Shown here in pieces: positions 56,782 to 64,000 of a stretch of 64,000 bases of DNA. Within the stretch, counting starts at the first letter, position 1, and the number at the start of each line of letters is the position of its first letter. Source of the DNA: Gemmatimonadota bacterium. Its GTDB lineage: Bacteria > Gemmatimonadota > Gemmatimonadetes > Gemmatimonadales > GWC2-71-9. The position numbers were made by a program, and so were the translations under genes. The DNA is taken from positions 16,545-80,544 of the forward strand of contig JAZDCZ010000040.1 of the NCBI GenBank assembly GCA_036679605.1, in the 5' to 3' direction. Under the pieces are notes generated by a model. The model saw only the letters and a program-made list of their open reading frames with translations. It searched no databases and had not been told where the DNA came from.

Positions 56782-58395
56782 TCAGTCAAGCGAGAGGGCC
56801 GGTGCTAGCACGCTCTGCTCACACGGCTCCTCGGCGAGGCATGTCGGACAGTTCGTGTGCCACCAGCGGCGCGCGCGTTCATCGGTCCAGTGTTCCGGTA
56901 GATCGACCGTTGAACAGAGAAGCCCAAGCTCCTCACCGTTAGAAGGCCGGTCGTCCGGCTGCTTCGCCAGACATGCGAGCACGAGGTCGTCGAGTGCTTT
57001 TGACACCGGCAGCTCGGTTCTAGTGGAGGGTGGTTCCGGAGTGTCTTGAATGTGCTGGTGCATCATCTTGATGGGATTCTGGGCTGTGAAGACAAGTTGT
57101 CCCGTCAGCAACCAATAGGTGACACATCCCAATGAATACACATCCGCCCGTTGATCGACCTCGTCGCCCTGCGCGACCTCCGGAGCCATGAAGGCTGGTG
57201 TACCGGTGGTCACTTGGGGAGCGGTGAGCGCAGAGTCCGGCTCCGGACCGACGTTCTTCACCAGCCCGAAGTCCAGAACTTTGATAAAGTCGACGGTGAG
57301 GCCCAAACGACTGGCGTAGAGGTTCGCAGGCTTGATGTCTCGGTGGATGAGGCCCAGTGAGTGGGCCTCACCGAGCGATGAGCATGCTTGGCGGAGAAAA
57401 TGAACGGCACGCTCGGCGGGTACCGGCCCGAACCGGTCGATGAGTGTTTGCAAATCCAAGCCGTCCAGCAGCTCCATCACATAGTAGAACGTTCCCTCTT
57501 CGCTGACTCCGAAGTCGTAAAGTTCAATGGTGTGTGGTGATCGCAGCATCGCTGCGGCCCGTGCCTCCCGCCGGAACCGTTCCAGAACCACGTCACCGCC
57601 GCCAGGAGAATGCGCCAGGACTTCGGGGCGAACCAGCTTGATCGCCGCGGGACGCTTGAGCATGCGGTGGGTCGCGCGGTGCACTTCGCCCATTCCTCCC
57701 TGTCCCACGATCTCGCCGAGCTGGTAGTTGCCCAGTTCTCTCGCTTTTTTTACGTGGCGGCCGAGCCCTACAATGATGTGTGCGGGAATAGCTGCCATGA
57801 TCGCGCATAGGTAGTTCGGCAAGAAAGCCAGGACTGTCTCCGCCAGTGTTGCATGAACCGTGGGATCCCGCAACGCGGTAATACCTAGGCCAAGTGGATC
57901 CATCGATGCGGCGGCCAGTGCCGCCAGGATCGTCTTGCGCGGCGTATTGGGAACGAGGGCCGGATACACGAGTATGATCACGCAGATCCAGGACAACTGG
58001 CCCGGTTCCAGCACGGGCCGCCACTGGTTCAGCAGGCCGATCAGGAGTGCGGTTGCCACCTCGAAACCGAGGCCGAGGTCGAGTAGAAAATTTGGTCGGT
58101 GATGGAATGTACGGGCGACGAACACCATGCCGACAGAGATCGCAATTCCAACTACCGCAATCACGTTGCCAGGCATCGGCCATGAGCCCGCTTGTCCCAA
58201 GGGTTGCTGGAACCCTGCTAGTGGCAACACGACATTGTTCATCAGCAGCGTGAAAGCCCAGAGCCCGGCGAAAACGGAACTCACAATTCCTATGCGCCTG
58301 CACGACTGCCCCAGGACGTCGGCAGGGAGCGACGTGATACGCCCGGCTACGGCGGGTGCGAAGGCGGTTGTCTCAAGTCCGGAAGCTGCAGTCAT
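56782..58395 (-). CDS. Ser/Thr kinase with N-terminal multi-TM sensor region
   Basis: About 6 N-terminal TM helices; GQGGMGEV, AAIKLV, HRDIKPAN, KVLDFGLVK, GTPAFMAPE. Confidence 0.93.
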   Translation of the reverse strand: MTAASGLETTAFAPAVAGRITSLPADVLGQSCRRIGIVSSVFAGLWAFTLLMNNVVLPLAGFQQPLGQAGSWPMPGNVIAVVGIAISVGMVFVARTFHHRPNFLLDLGLGFEVATALLIGLLNQWRPVLEPGQLSWICVIILVYPALVPNTPRKTILAALAAASMDPLGLGITALRDPTVHATLAETVLAFLPNYLCAIMAAIPAHIIVGLGRHVKKARELGNYQLGEIVGQGGMGEVHRATHRMLKRPAAIKLVRPEVLAHSPGGGDVVLERFRREARAAAMLRSPHTIELYDFGVSEEGTFYYVMELLDGLDLQTLIDRFGPVPAERAVHFLRQACSSLGEAHSLGLIHRDIKPANLYASRLGLTVDFIKVLDFGLVKNVGPEPDSALTAPQVTTGTPAFMAPEVAQGDEVDQRADVYSLGCVTYWLLTGQLVFTAQNPIKMMHQHIQDTPEPPSTRTELPVSKALDDLVLACLAKQPDDRPSNGEELGLLCSTVDLPEHWTDERARRWWHTNCPTCLAEEPCEQSVLAPALSLD

Positions 58396-58459
58396 CCCGT
58401 TAAAGATATCTTGCTTTCTCTCGTCCCGTGAGCGTTTCGGGGTCTAGAGGCAGGGCCGC

Positions 58460-58503
58460 TTGACGTACGCATATCCGTCAATTATCTTAACCCCAAGGGT
58501 TAA
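58460..58503 (+). promoter_or_regulatory. Sigma70 promoter and operator of the higBA-like operon
   Basis: TTGACG(58460)-N17-TATCTT(58483); perfect palindrome TTAACCC-CAA-GGGTTAA (58487-58503); also TTGACG...CGTCAA inverted repeat. Confidence 0.75.
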
Positions 58504-58515
58504 CAATATGCAAGA

Positions 58516-58851
58516 GTGGAGATAGTCTTCCGGACTAGGAAACTTCGCAAGCAGTGCACTGACACCAAAGAAATGGTCAAGACGTTTGGACCAAGGCAGG
58601 CCCGTAGGCTCAGACAGCGGCTTGATGACCTCAGAGCCGCAGACTGCCTGGAGGTGATGCGTGCGCTACCTGGGCGATGCCACGAACTCAAAGCGGACAG
58701 GGTGCTTCAACTTTCTGTCGACCTTGAGCATCCGCATCGTCTCGTCTTTGAGCCGGCCCACGAAGAGGTACCGCGAAAAGACGATGGGGGTCTTGACTGG
58801 AGTTCGGTGGCAGCAATCCGCGTACTGGAGATTACAGATACTCATGGCTGA
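58516..58851 (+). CDS. higB: HigB/RelE-like toxin
   Basis: MEIVF...KL.K.C, GRCHELK.DR..QLSVDL..P.RLVF.P, I..LEI.DTHG; toxin-first order. Confidence 0.85.
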   Translation: MEIVFRTRKLRKQCTDTKEMVKTFGPRQARRLRQRLDDLRAADCLEVMRALPGRCHELKADRVLQLSVDLEHPHRLVFEPAHEEVPRKDDGGLDWSSVAAIRVLEITDTHG

Positions 58852-59947
58852 CGGCGTCCGCAACGAATACCTACCCACGGAGGTGTCCCCGCCCGGGACG
58901 ACTCTCCGGGAAGTTCTTGACGAGCGCGAGATTAGCCAATCTGATCTAGCGACAAGGATGGGTCGACCGAAGAAGACGATTAGCGAGATCGTCAACGGCA
59001 AGGCATCGATTACCCCGGAAACGGCGTTAGAGCTTGAGTTGGTTCTCGGCATCGCTGCAACGTTCTGGAATGCTAGGGAACGCGATTACAGGACATTTCT
59101 TGCTAGGCTTGAGCAGGCGAGGCGGATGAGCAGGCAACTGAAGTGGTTGAAGAACTTCCCAATTGGGGCACTCGCGAAGGAAGGCTGGATTCTCAAGCAC
59201 TCCAACAGACAAGACCAGTTGAAGGCGCTGCTGCGGTTTTTCGGTGTCGCCTCGCCAGAGCAGTGGCAAGACGTCTTTGACAACGTTGCAGTTGCGTTTC
59301 GAAAGTCGTCTGCTTTTAAGAGTGATGCCTATTCACTAGCTGCGTGGCTCCGCTGCGGCCTAGTCAAGGCCGAGCAGTATCAGTGCCGCAGCTTCGACAA
59401 GGAACGCTTTCTTACGGCGCTACGAAGAATACGATCCCTGACTCCGGCAGACCCTGAAGTCTTTGAGCCTGAGATGAAGCAGGTTTGTGCAGACGCGGGC
59501 GTCGTGGTGGCCTTTGTTCCTCAGTTGCCTAAGTCCCGTGTCAGCGGAGCAACTCGTTGGTTGAGTCCGGATAAGGCTTTGATCCAACTCAGCATCCGGT
59601 ACAAGACTAATGACCATCTGTGGTTCACTTTCTTCCATGAGGCCGCGCACCTTCTTTTGCATGGGAAGCGTCTGATCTTTCTAGAAACAGGCCGTAGCTC
59701 GGGCGAACTCGAAGTCGAGGCAAGTCGCTGGGCGGCGGAGTTCTTGATCCCGTCGGGTCCATATTCGGAATTCCTGTCTGCCGGGAGGTTCAGCAAAACG
59801 GCGATCCGGAGGTTCGCTGGCGCGATCGGTATTGCCGCCGGTGTTGTCGTAGGAAGGCTGCAGCATGACGGCCTACTTCCCCATAGTCACTGCAACGACC
59901 TAAAGGTTCGGCTCGATTGGGATAGGAGTTCGGAGTCGGCAGCCTAG
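58844..59947 (+). CDS. higA: HigA-like Xre HTH antitoxin fused to ImmA/IrrE (M78) domain
   Basis: PPGTTLREVL..REISQSDLA.RMG...KTISEIVNGKASITPETALELE.VLG..A.FW; WFTFFHEAAHLLLH...E.EA. Confidence 0.9.
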   Translation: MADGVRNEYLPTEVSPPGTTLREVLDEREISQSDLATRMGRPKKTISEIVNGKASITPETALELELVLGIAATFWNARERDYRTFLARLEQARRMSRQLKWLKNFPIGALAKEGWILKHSNRQDQLKALLRFFGVASPEQWQDVFDNVAVAFRKSSAFKSDAYSLAAWLRCGLVKAEQYQCRSFDKERFLTALRRIRSLTPADPEVFEPEMKQVCADAGVVVAFVPQLPKSRVSGATRWLSPDKALIQLSIRYKTNDHLWFTFFHEAAHLLLHGKRLIFLETGRSSGELEVEASRWAAEFLIPSGPYSEFLSAGRFSKTAIRRFAGAIGIAAGVVVGRLQHDGLLPHSHCNDLKVRLDWDRSSESAA

Positions 59948-60015
59948 CCAAGATGCCCCGCAAGCTGCGAGTACACTGGAAGATCCACCTGAACCCAAGC
60001 TTCGTGGGCTTCGAG

Positions 60016-60076
60016 TGATCTGCGGCCTGTGGCCGTCCTCGGTCCTTTTGGCTGCGCCTGCGCGTCGAGTCCCTCC
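60016..60076 (+). repeat. Second copy of the tRNA-linked element, fused to 12 nt of the tRNA-Asn T arm
   Basis: TGATCTGCGGCCTGTGGCCGTCCTCGGTCC matches 10477 onward at 28/30 with a 3-nt gap; ends CGCG-TCGAGTCCCTCC (= 60216-60227). Confidence 0.75.
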
Positions 60077-60110
60077 CCAATAATCCTCTCGAGAATTTCT
60101 GCAGATCGCC

Positions 60111-60139
60111 TTGAAGATGACTGGCCCCGCCGTTAGACT
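60111..60139 (+). promoter_or_regulatory. Sigma70 promoter of tRNA-Asn
   Basis: TTGAAG-N17-TAGACT, 22 nt upstream of the tRNA. Confidence 0.65.
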
Positions 60140-60161
60140 GTGGCGTCACGCAGGTAGTTTT

Positions 60162-60234
60162 TCCGGAGTAGCTCAGCTGGTAGAGCAGACGGCTGTTAAC
60201 CGTCGGGTCGGGGGTTCGAGTCCCTCCTCCGGAG
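60162..60234 (+). tRNA. tRNA-Asn(GTT), CCA not encoded
   Basis: Acceptor TCCGGAG/CTCCGGA, anticodon arm GACGG-CTGTTAA-CCGTC, T arm GGGGG-TTCGAGT-CCCTC. Confidence 0.97.
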
Positions 60235-60324
60235 CTACGCAGAGGCCCATTGGCCTCTGCGTTCGCTCACGAAGCAGCGACTCTTTCAAGGCAGGCGCGC
60301 CCGTTGGGACGCGCCTTGGAATTG

Positions 60325-60346
60325 TCGAGTCCCTCCTCCGGAGCTA
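60325..60346 (+). repeat. 22-bp direct repeat of the tRNA-Asn 3' end (att-like)
   Basis: TCGAGTCCCTCCTCCGGAGCTA identical to 60216-60237. Confidence 0.92.
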
Positions 60347-60573
60347 TAGAACACCCAACAGAACCACATAGAACCGATTGATAACGAACGGGTTAGCTGA
60401 GTAGGCTGACCCGTTTGGTTTTCAGGTGCCGATTGGTCGTTTCGGCTGCTCTAGGGTGCTGTTTTGCACCTTTAGGAGGTCGGGAGGAGGTCCCAGTTGA
60501 CGGCTGTCACTGGCCGCGCCGGCGTGCTCCATGGCAAGGCTCCGGTGACGGAGGGTGGTTCGACTGGTCGCGA

Positions 60574-60856
60574 CTAGCCTCCGTCCGCAGGAGGGTCGTA
60601 GTTCGTGATGATAAGTTCATCCGCGTAATGCTTTCGGGAGCGTGTTGTAACCCATCGTATCCTGGCCACTCTTGTGAACTGAAACCCACGATAGAGCTTG
60701 CGTATCAGAGGCAAGTCTGCGTTGGTCATCATGAATCTCGCGCCCACAGAATCCACTTGTCGTACACACTCGGCTAATACTCTCTGATCAGCTTCATAGA
60801 AGCGGCGCCCCGCCGGACATCGAGAAAGAGGTCACGCTATTCATTAAGTAGGGTGC
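60574..60856 (-). pseudogene. C-terminal relic of a Dam-like DNA adenine methyltransferase
   Basis: APY...TSFS then a 1-nt frameshift, F.EADQRVLA....VDSVGARFMMTNAD...IRKLY..F...ELIITNY. Confidence 0.7.
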
Positions 60857-60935
60857 TTGGTATTCGGGCGGTGGTGACGCGAAGAAGGCGAGCATGTTGA
60901 AGCTAGTCGTGGTAAGTTCCTTGATTAGGGTTGCC

Positions 60936-61181
60936 ATGACGGAACAAGATAAGAACAACACGAACCCGCCGTTCTCCAAAGAGGACGTTGCGCTGATCCG
61001 CGAGGCAGTCACAGCTGGAAGGCAAGTTGAATGTCCGCAGTGCGGTTCGCCGCTCACTGCCGAAAGACCTGTTGCCGGCGAGGGCACTGGAGAAGCGGTC
61101 TGGTGGATTCACTGCACCACGTGTAGGCGCAATCTGATTCTGCACGATCTGACCGAGCCGCCACTGGGTGGAGGAGGTTAG
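60936..61181 (+). CDS. Small zinc-ribbon protein
   Basis: CPQC...CTTC pairs; ATG 60936. Confidence 0.6.
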   Translation: MTEQDKNNTNPPFSKEDVALIREAVTAGRQVECPQCGSPLTAERPVAGEGTGEAVWWIHCTTCRRNLILHDLTEPPLGGGG

Positions 61182-61246
61182 CAGGGGGAAACGTAATCGA
61201 GATCGGCGTCGGCTGACAGCTACTGCTACGCAAGAGGGGGATACGG

Positions 61247-62047
61247 ATGTTTCAATCATCGATGGCACGACACTTTCGAACAATTGGGCCGCGGTATCGC
61301 GAGCTGCGCGAACTCGATGGGGTCGCTGTTCGTCGTGTCTCCCTCGAATTGGAGCAGATCTTCAGCACCATGGACTGTCTTAGGATTCTAGACGTAGGAG
61401 CGGGAACCGGCAGGTATACCGAGGCCGTGGTCCACGATCGCAGCGAGCACATCGGCCTTCGCTACCGCGGCGTGGCGTACGACGCCATCCCCGAAATGTT
61501 GCATGGCAGACCGGCGCATCAGCCGAAGGATACAGGAAGCATGGACCGCGGGATCGGGTTTGCTGAGTTTCTCCCTTTTGCAGCGCAGTCGTTCAGTGCG
61601 GTGTTGTCGTTCAACGCCCTCCACCACTTTGACCTGTGGGCGTTTCTGGCCGAGGCCGCCCGCGTGTTGCAGCCAGAGGGAAGGCTCATCCTTTATACAC
61701 GCACGCCGGAACAGAATCAGCGCACCATCTGGGGGAAGTTCTTCCCACAGTTCGCGGAACGCGAAACGCGGCTGTATACCGAGAGCACACTCAGCGTGAT
61801 GCTCGACGCGACCACCGACTTCGAGTCGATCGAAATGTGCCAGATGCGGTGGACGATCCGCACGAGCCTGTCCCGACTCCTGGAGCAGGCTCGGAGTGGC
61901 GGCTACTCCACGTTCCGGTTCTACTCGGAGGACGAGTTTGAGGAGGCGCTCGGCGTTTTCGAGAATCGAGTGCGGGCAACCTTTGATGACCCCTCCACAA
62001 TCATTGCCCAGAACGACCACCTGCTCGTGCTGGCGACGCGCCGCTGA
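61247..62047 (+). CDS. Class I SAM-dependent methyltransferase
   Basis: ILDVGAGTG, AEFLPF...SF, ALHHF, EAARVLQPEG. Confidence 0.88.
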   Translation: MFQSSMARHFRTIGPRYRELRELDGVAVRRVSLELEQIFSTMDCLRILDVGAGTGRYTEAVVHDRSEHIGLRYRGVAYDAIPEMLHGRPAHQPKDTGSMDRGIGFAEFLPFAAQSFSAVLSFNALHHFDLWAFLAEAARVLQPEGRLILYTRTPEQNQRTIWGKFFPQFAERETRLYTESTLSVMLDATTDFESIEMCQMRWTIRTSLSRLLEQARSGGYSTFRFYSEDEFEEALGVFENRVRATFDDPSTIIAQNDHLLVLATRR

Positions 62048-62055
62048 ATGCTGCA

Positions 62056-62328
62056 ATGCCAGATCCAAACAGATCCCCGTCTGGGGCACCCCAACCGAGG
62101 CGGTCAATGGACGATGTCGCGGTGATGCGGGTCGCCCGAGGGATGGGGTACTCGGTGGAGGACGTGAGGGCAGCGGGTCAGGTGATGCGCGATGCGAACG
62201 TGCCGGAAGACAAGGTCGAGTCGGTCTTGGGCCTCCTTGCGCGTGCGGCGGCGCTTGATGGTGTAGGGTCGACTTTGGTAGAGTTGGCGCTCCGCGCCGC
62301 CGAGCAGGCCGAGAAGGAAGAGGAATGA
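62056..62328 (+). CDS. Hypothetical protein
   Basis: Co-oriented ORF 8 nt after the methyltransferase; helical composition. Confidence 0.5.
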   Translation: MPDPNRSPSGAPQPRRSMDDVAVMRVARGMGYSVEDVRAAGQVMRDANVPEDKVESVLGLLARAAALDGVGSTLVELALRAAEQAEKEEE

Positions 62329-62863
62329 ACGACAAGGCATCCCGTTCCACTGCGGTGCATGTGGTGTCGGCGCAGATGACTTTGGATGTTGGCCTTGATG
62401 AGCCGATGGATGAGCCTTTTGAAGGCGAGGCAGATGGCTGACCACGTCACGGAACGAGTGATCCGTGTTTTTCTGGCATCTCCCAGCGACTCAGGGATGG
62501 GCGCAAAGCGGCGCAGCACGTAGTCGAAGGCGTCGACCGCTTAGCTCGAAGGATTGGTGGTGTGTGCGTGCAGTTGTCGAAAGTATCCCAAGGATCGAGA
62601 AGCGGTAGTAGAGTGACAGTCAGCAGTATCCCGACGCTTCCGTTGTCACCGATAAACCGGTCAAATCAGGAGGTCATACGGAGGTCCGCGATCCTTGTTG
62701 GATCTGTAGTAACCAGTGTCTCAACGACTTAGCAAGTCGCTATTGAGGGCTGTTAAAAAGACGGTTCGCACGACGGTGAGCAGATTTTCCCACACATCGG
62801 GTCGGGGGTTTACTTCCGCAGGGTCAGCCGAACAACACCTACTGTGGCAGGTTCATCTGACTA

Positions 62864-63585
62864 CTATCTGTTTGTGAAAATGGAGAAAAACGGCGGCACA
62901 TTGATTTCTCCATTAGAATAGCCTTCTGGTGCGATTCCCCGTCCAAACCCGAGCACAAAAATGGCGGTTACGATCACTCCGGAAATAACCCAAGTATTGC
63001 TCGGGCCGATGCCCGGCCACGATGTTCTCAGGTCCGAATATTCGGTCGAAGTAACACGCCCAGCTGCTAGCAACAGAATCCAGCAGCCTCCAAAACCATT
63101 TCCAAGCAAGAAGAATGTCTCTGTGGGATTACCTAGCCCTAATGGCGATAGTAGGCCGGCGACCAGCCCCAGCACTCCCATCGTGAAGAAACATGTCCAT
63201 GAAATACCGAATGCCACTTTAACTTTGTCACCTGGTGCTTGACTAACAAATCGAGCAAATTCGCGAGTTACAATGAGCAACAACCTCCACATGGCAAGTG
63301 CACCAGCTACTGTGAGCAAACCACGAGCGAGCCGCTGATTTGGTAGAATCTGGGCTACAGTCATCCAATCTCCGAATCCAAGCAAAGGCCCAAGAATCAG
63401 ATACGTAACTGAGATACATGCATTCGTAATGAAGAATAGAAACAGGGAAAAGCGTGCTGTTGTGGATTTTGCCGGCATTTTTCTTAGCAGACCAAAACCA
63501 ATCAAAGCAATCAGAATAATTATGATAGGGCCACTCACCGTGATCACCGTAAATCCCTCAGTTACGGCGCTGAAATCGCGGTACC
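62864..63585 (-). pseudogene. Multi-TM membrane protein whose 5' end is cut by the IS
   Basis: About 6 hydrophobic helices in visibly AT-richer DNA; the ORF-track start (63607) lies inside the IS end. Confidence 0.6.
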
Positions 63586-64000
63586 TGTCAATGAAAGTGA
63601 GACACACGGGGTCACGAGTTTAGAGAGCATTCACGAGTGAGATCTCTTCCTCTCGCGTCTCGATCACCGCGGATTTAGGGGTACCACTACCGCTCACCAT
63701 TTCGAGATCGCCGCTCTCAGGGCATTCTACGGATTCGCTTTTCCTGTCCAAGCCACCATCGACCGGTTTGTTGATCCAGACCGCCTGCGGTGGGGTGTCC
63801 GGTGCTGGTACCCCTCGCGGAAATCGCTCCGGATGCGCGGCATACGCCGCGGCAAGCACTGCCGTTCGTTGGGCCAAGCGCTGTTTGACAAGACCGTAGT
63901 GGACGTCCTGAGGCGTCAGCATCGCCAGTCCGCTATGGCGGTGCTCGGTGTTGTACCAATCAAAGAAAGGCCCGCAGAAGCCACGCGTATGCTGCAGGGA
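63586..64000 (-). mobile_element. IS3-family insertion sequence, right end (runs off window)
   Basis: Transposase C-terminus followed by terminus-like TGTCTCACTTTCATTGACA; boundary uncertain by a few nt. Confidence 0.8.
63620..64000 (-). CDS. IS3-family transposase, C-terminal part
   Basis: FFDWYNTEHRHSGLAMLTP..VHYG...R..VL.AAYAAHPERF......AVWINKP. Confidence 0.88.
   Translation of the reverse strand, partial: SLQHTRGFCGPFFDWYNTEHRHSGLAMLTPQDVHYGLVKQRLAQRTAVLAAAYAAHPERFPRGVPAPDTPPQAVWINKPVDGGLDRKSESVECPESGDLEMVSGSGTPKSAVIETREEEISLVNAL

Overview
GC-rich bacterial chromosomal window. The gene content (SusC/SusD-like pair, duplicated orphan ABC permease, five Hanks-type Ser/Thr kinases, VPS10-type propeller, M14 peptidase) suggests Gemmatimonadota; this is an inference. 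1-4.7 kb: symporter plus the ffh-rpsP-rimM-trmD-rplS-rnhB operon. 4.7-10.6 kb: a sigma54-promoter-driven lipoprotein/pseudo-receiver enhancer-binding protein/TPR operon, a histone-H1-like SWIB protein, a DUF3179 lipoprotein and tRNA-Lys. 10.8-36.3 kb: permease, sulfatase-like enzyme, SusCD-like pair, an arsenosugar/rSAM-associated glycosyltransferase cluster lacking arsS, lytic transglycosylases, moaC, holB, two PLP enzymes and an M14 peptidase. 36.3-64 kb: accessory patchwork with repeats, gene relics, two toxin-antitoxin pairs, kinases, tRNA-Asn and a decayed island ending in an IS3-family element. Three observations stand out. (1) A short GC-rich element (GATCTGCGG...CGCGT) occurs twice, 50 kb apart, each time fused exactly at the T-loop of a copy of the neighbouring tRNA 3' end. 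(2) The sigma54 signalling trio has no kinase. (3) An intact 44-aa mini-antitoxin ORF is derived from the nearby AbrB/VapC pair and keeps its operator. All calls come from reading sequence and motifs by eye; no database searches were run.
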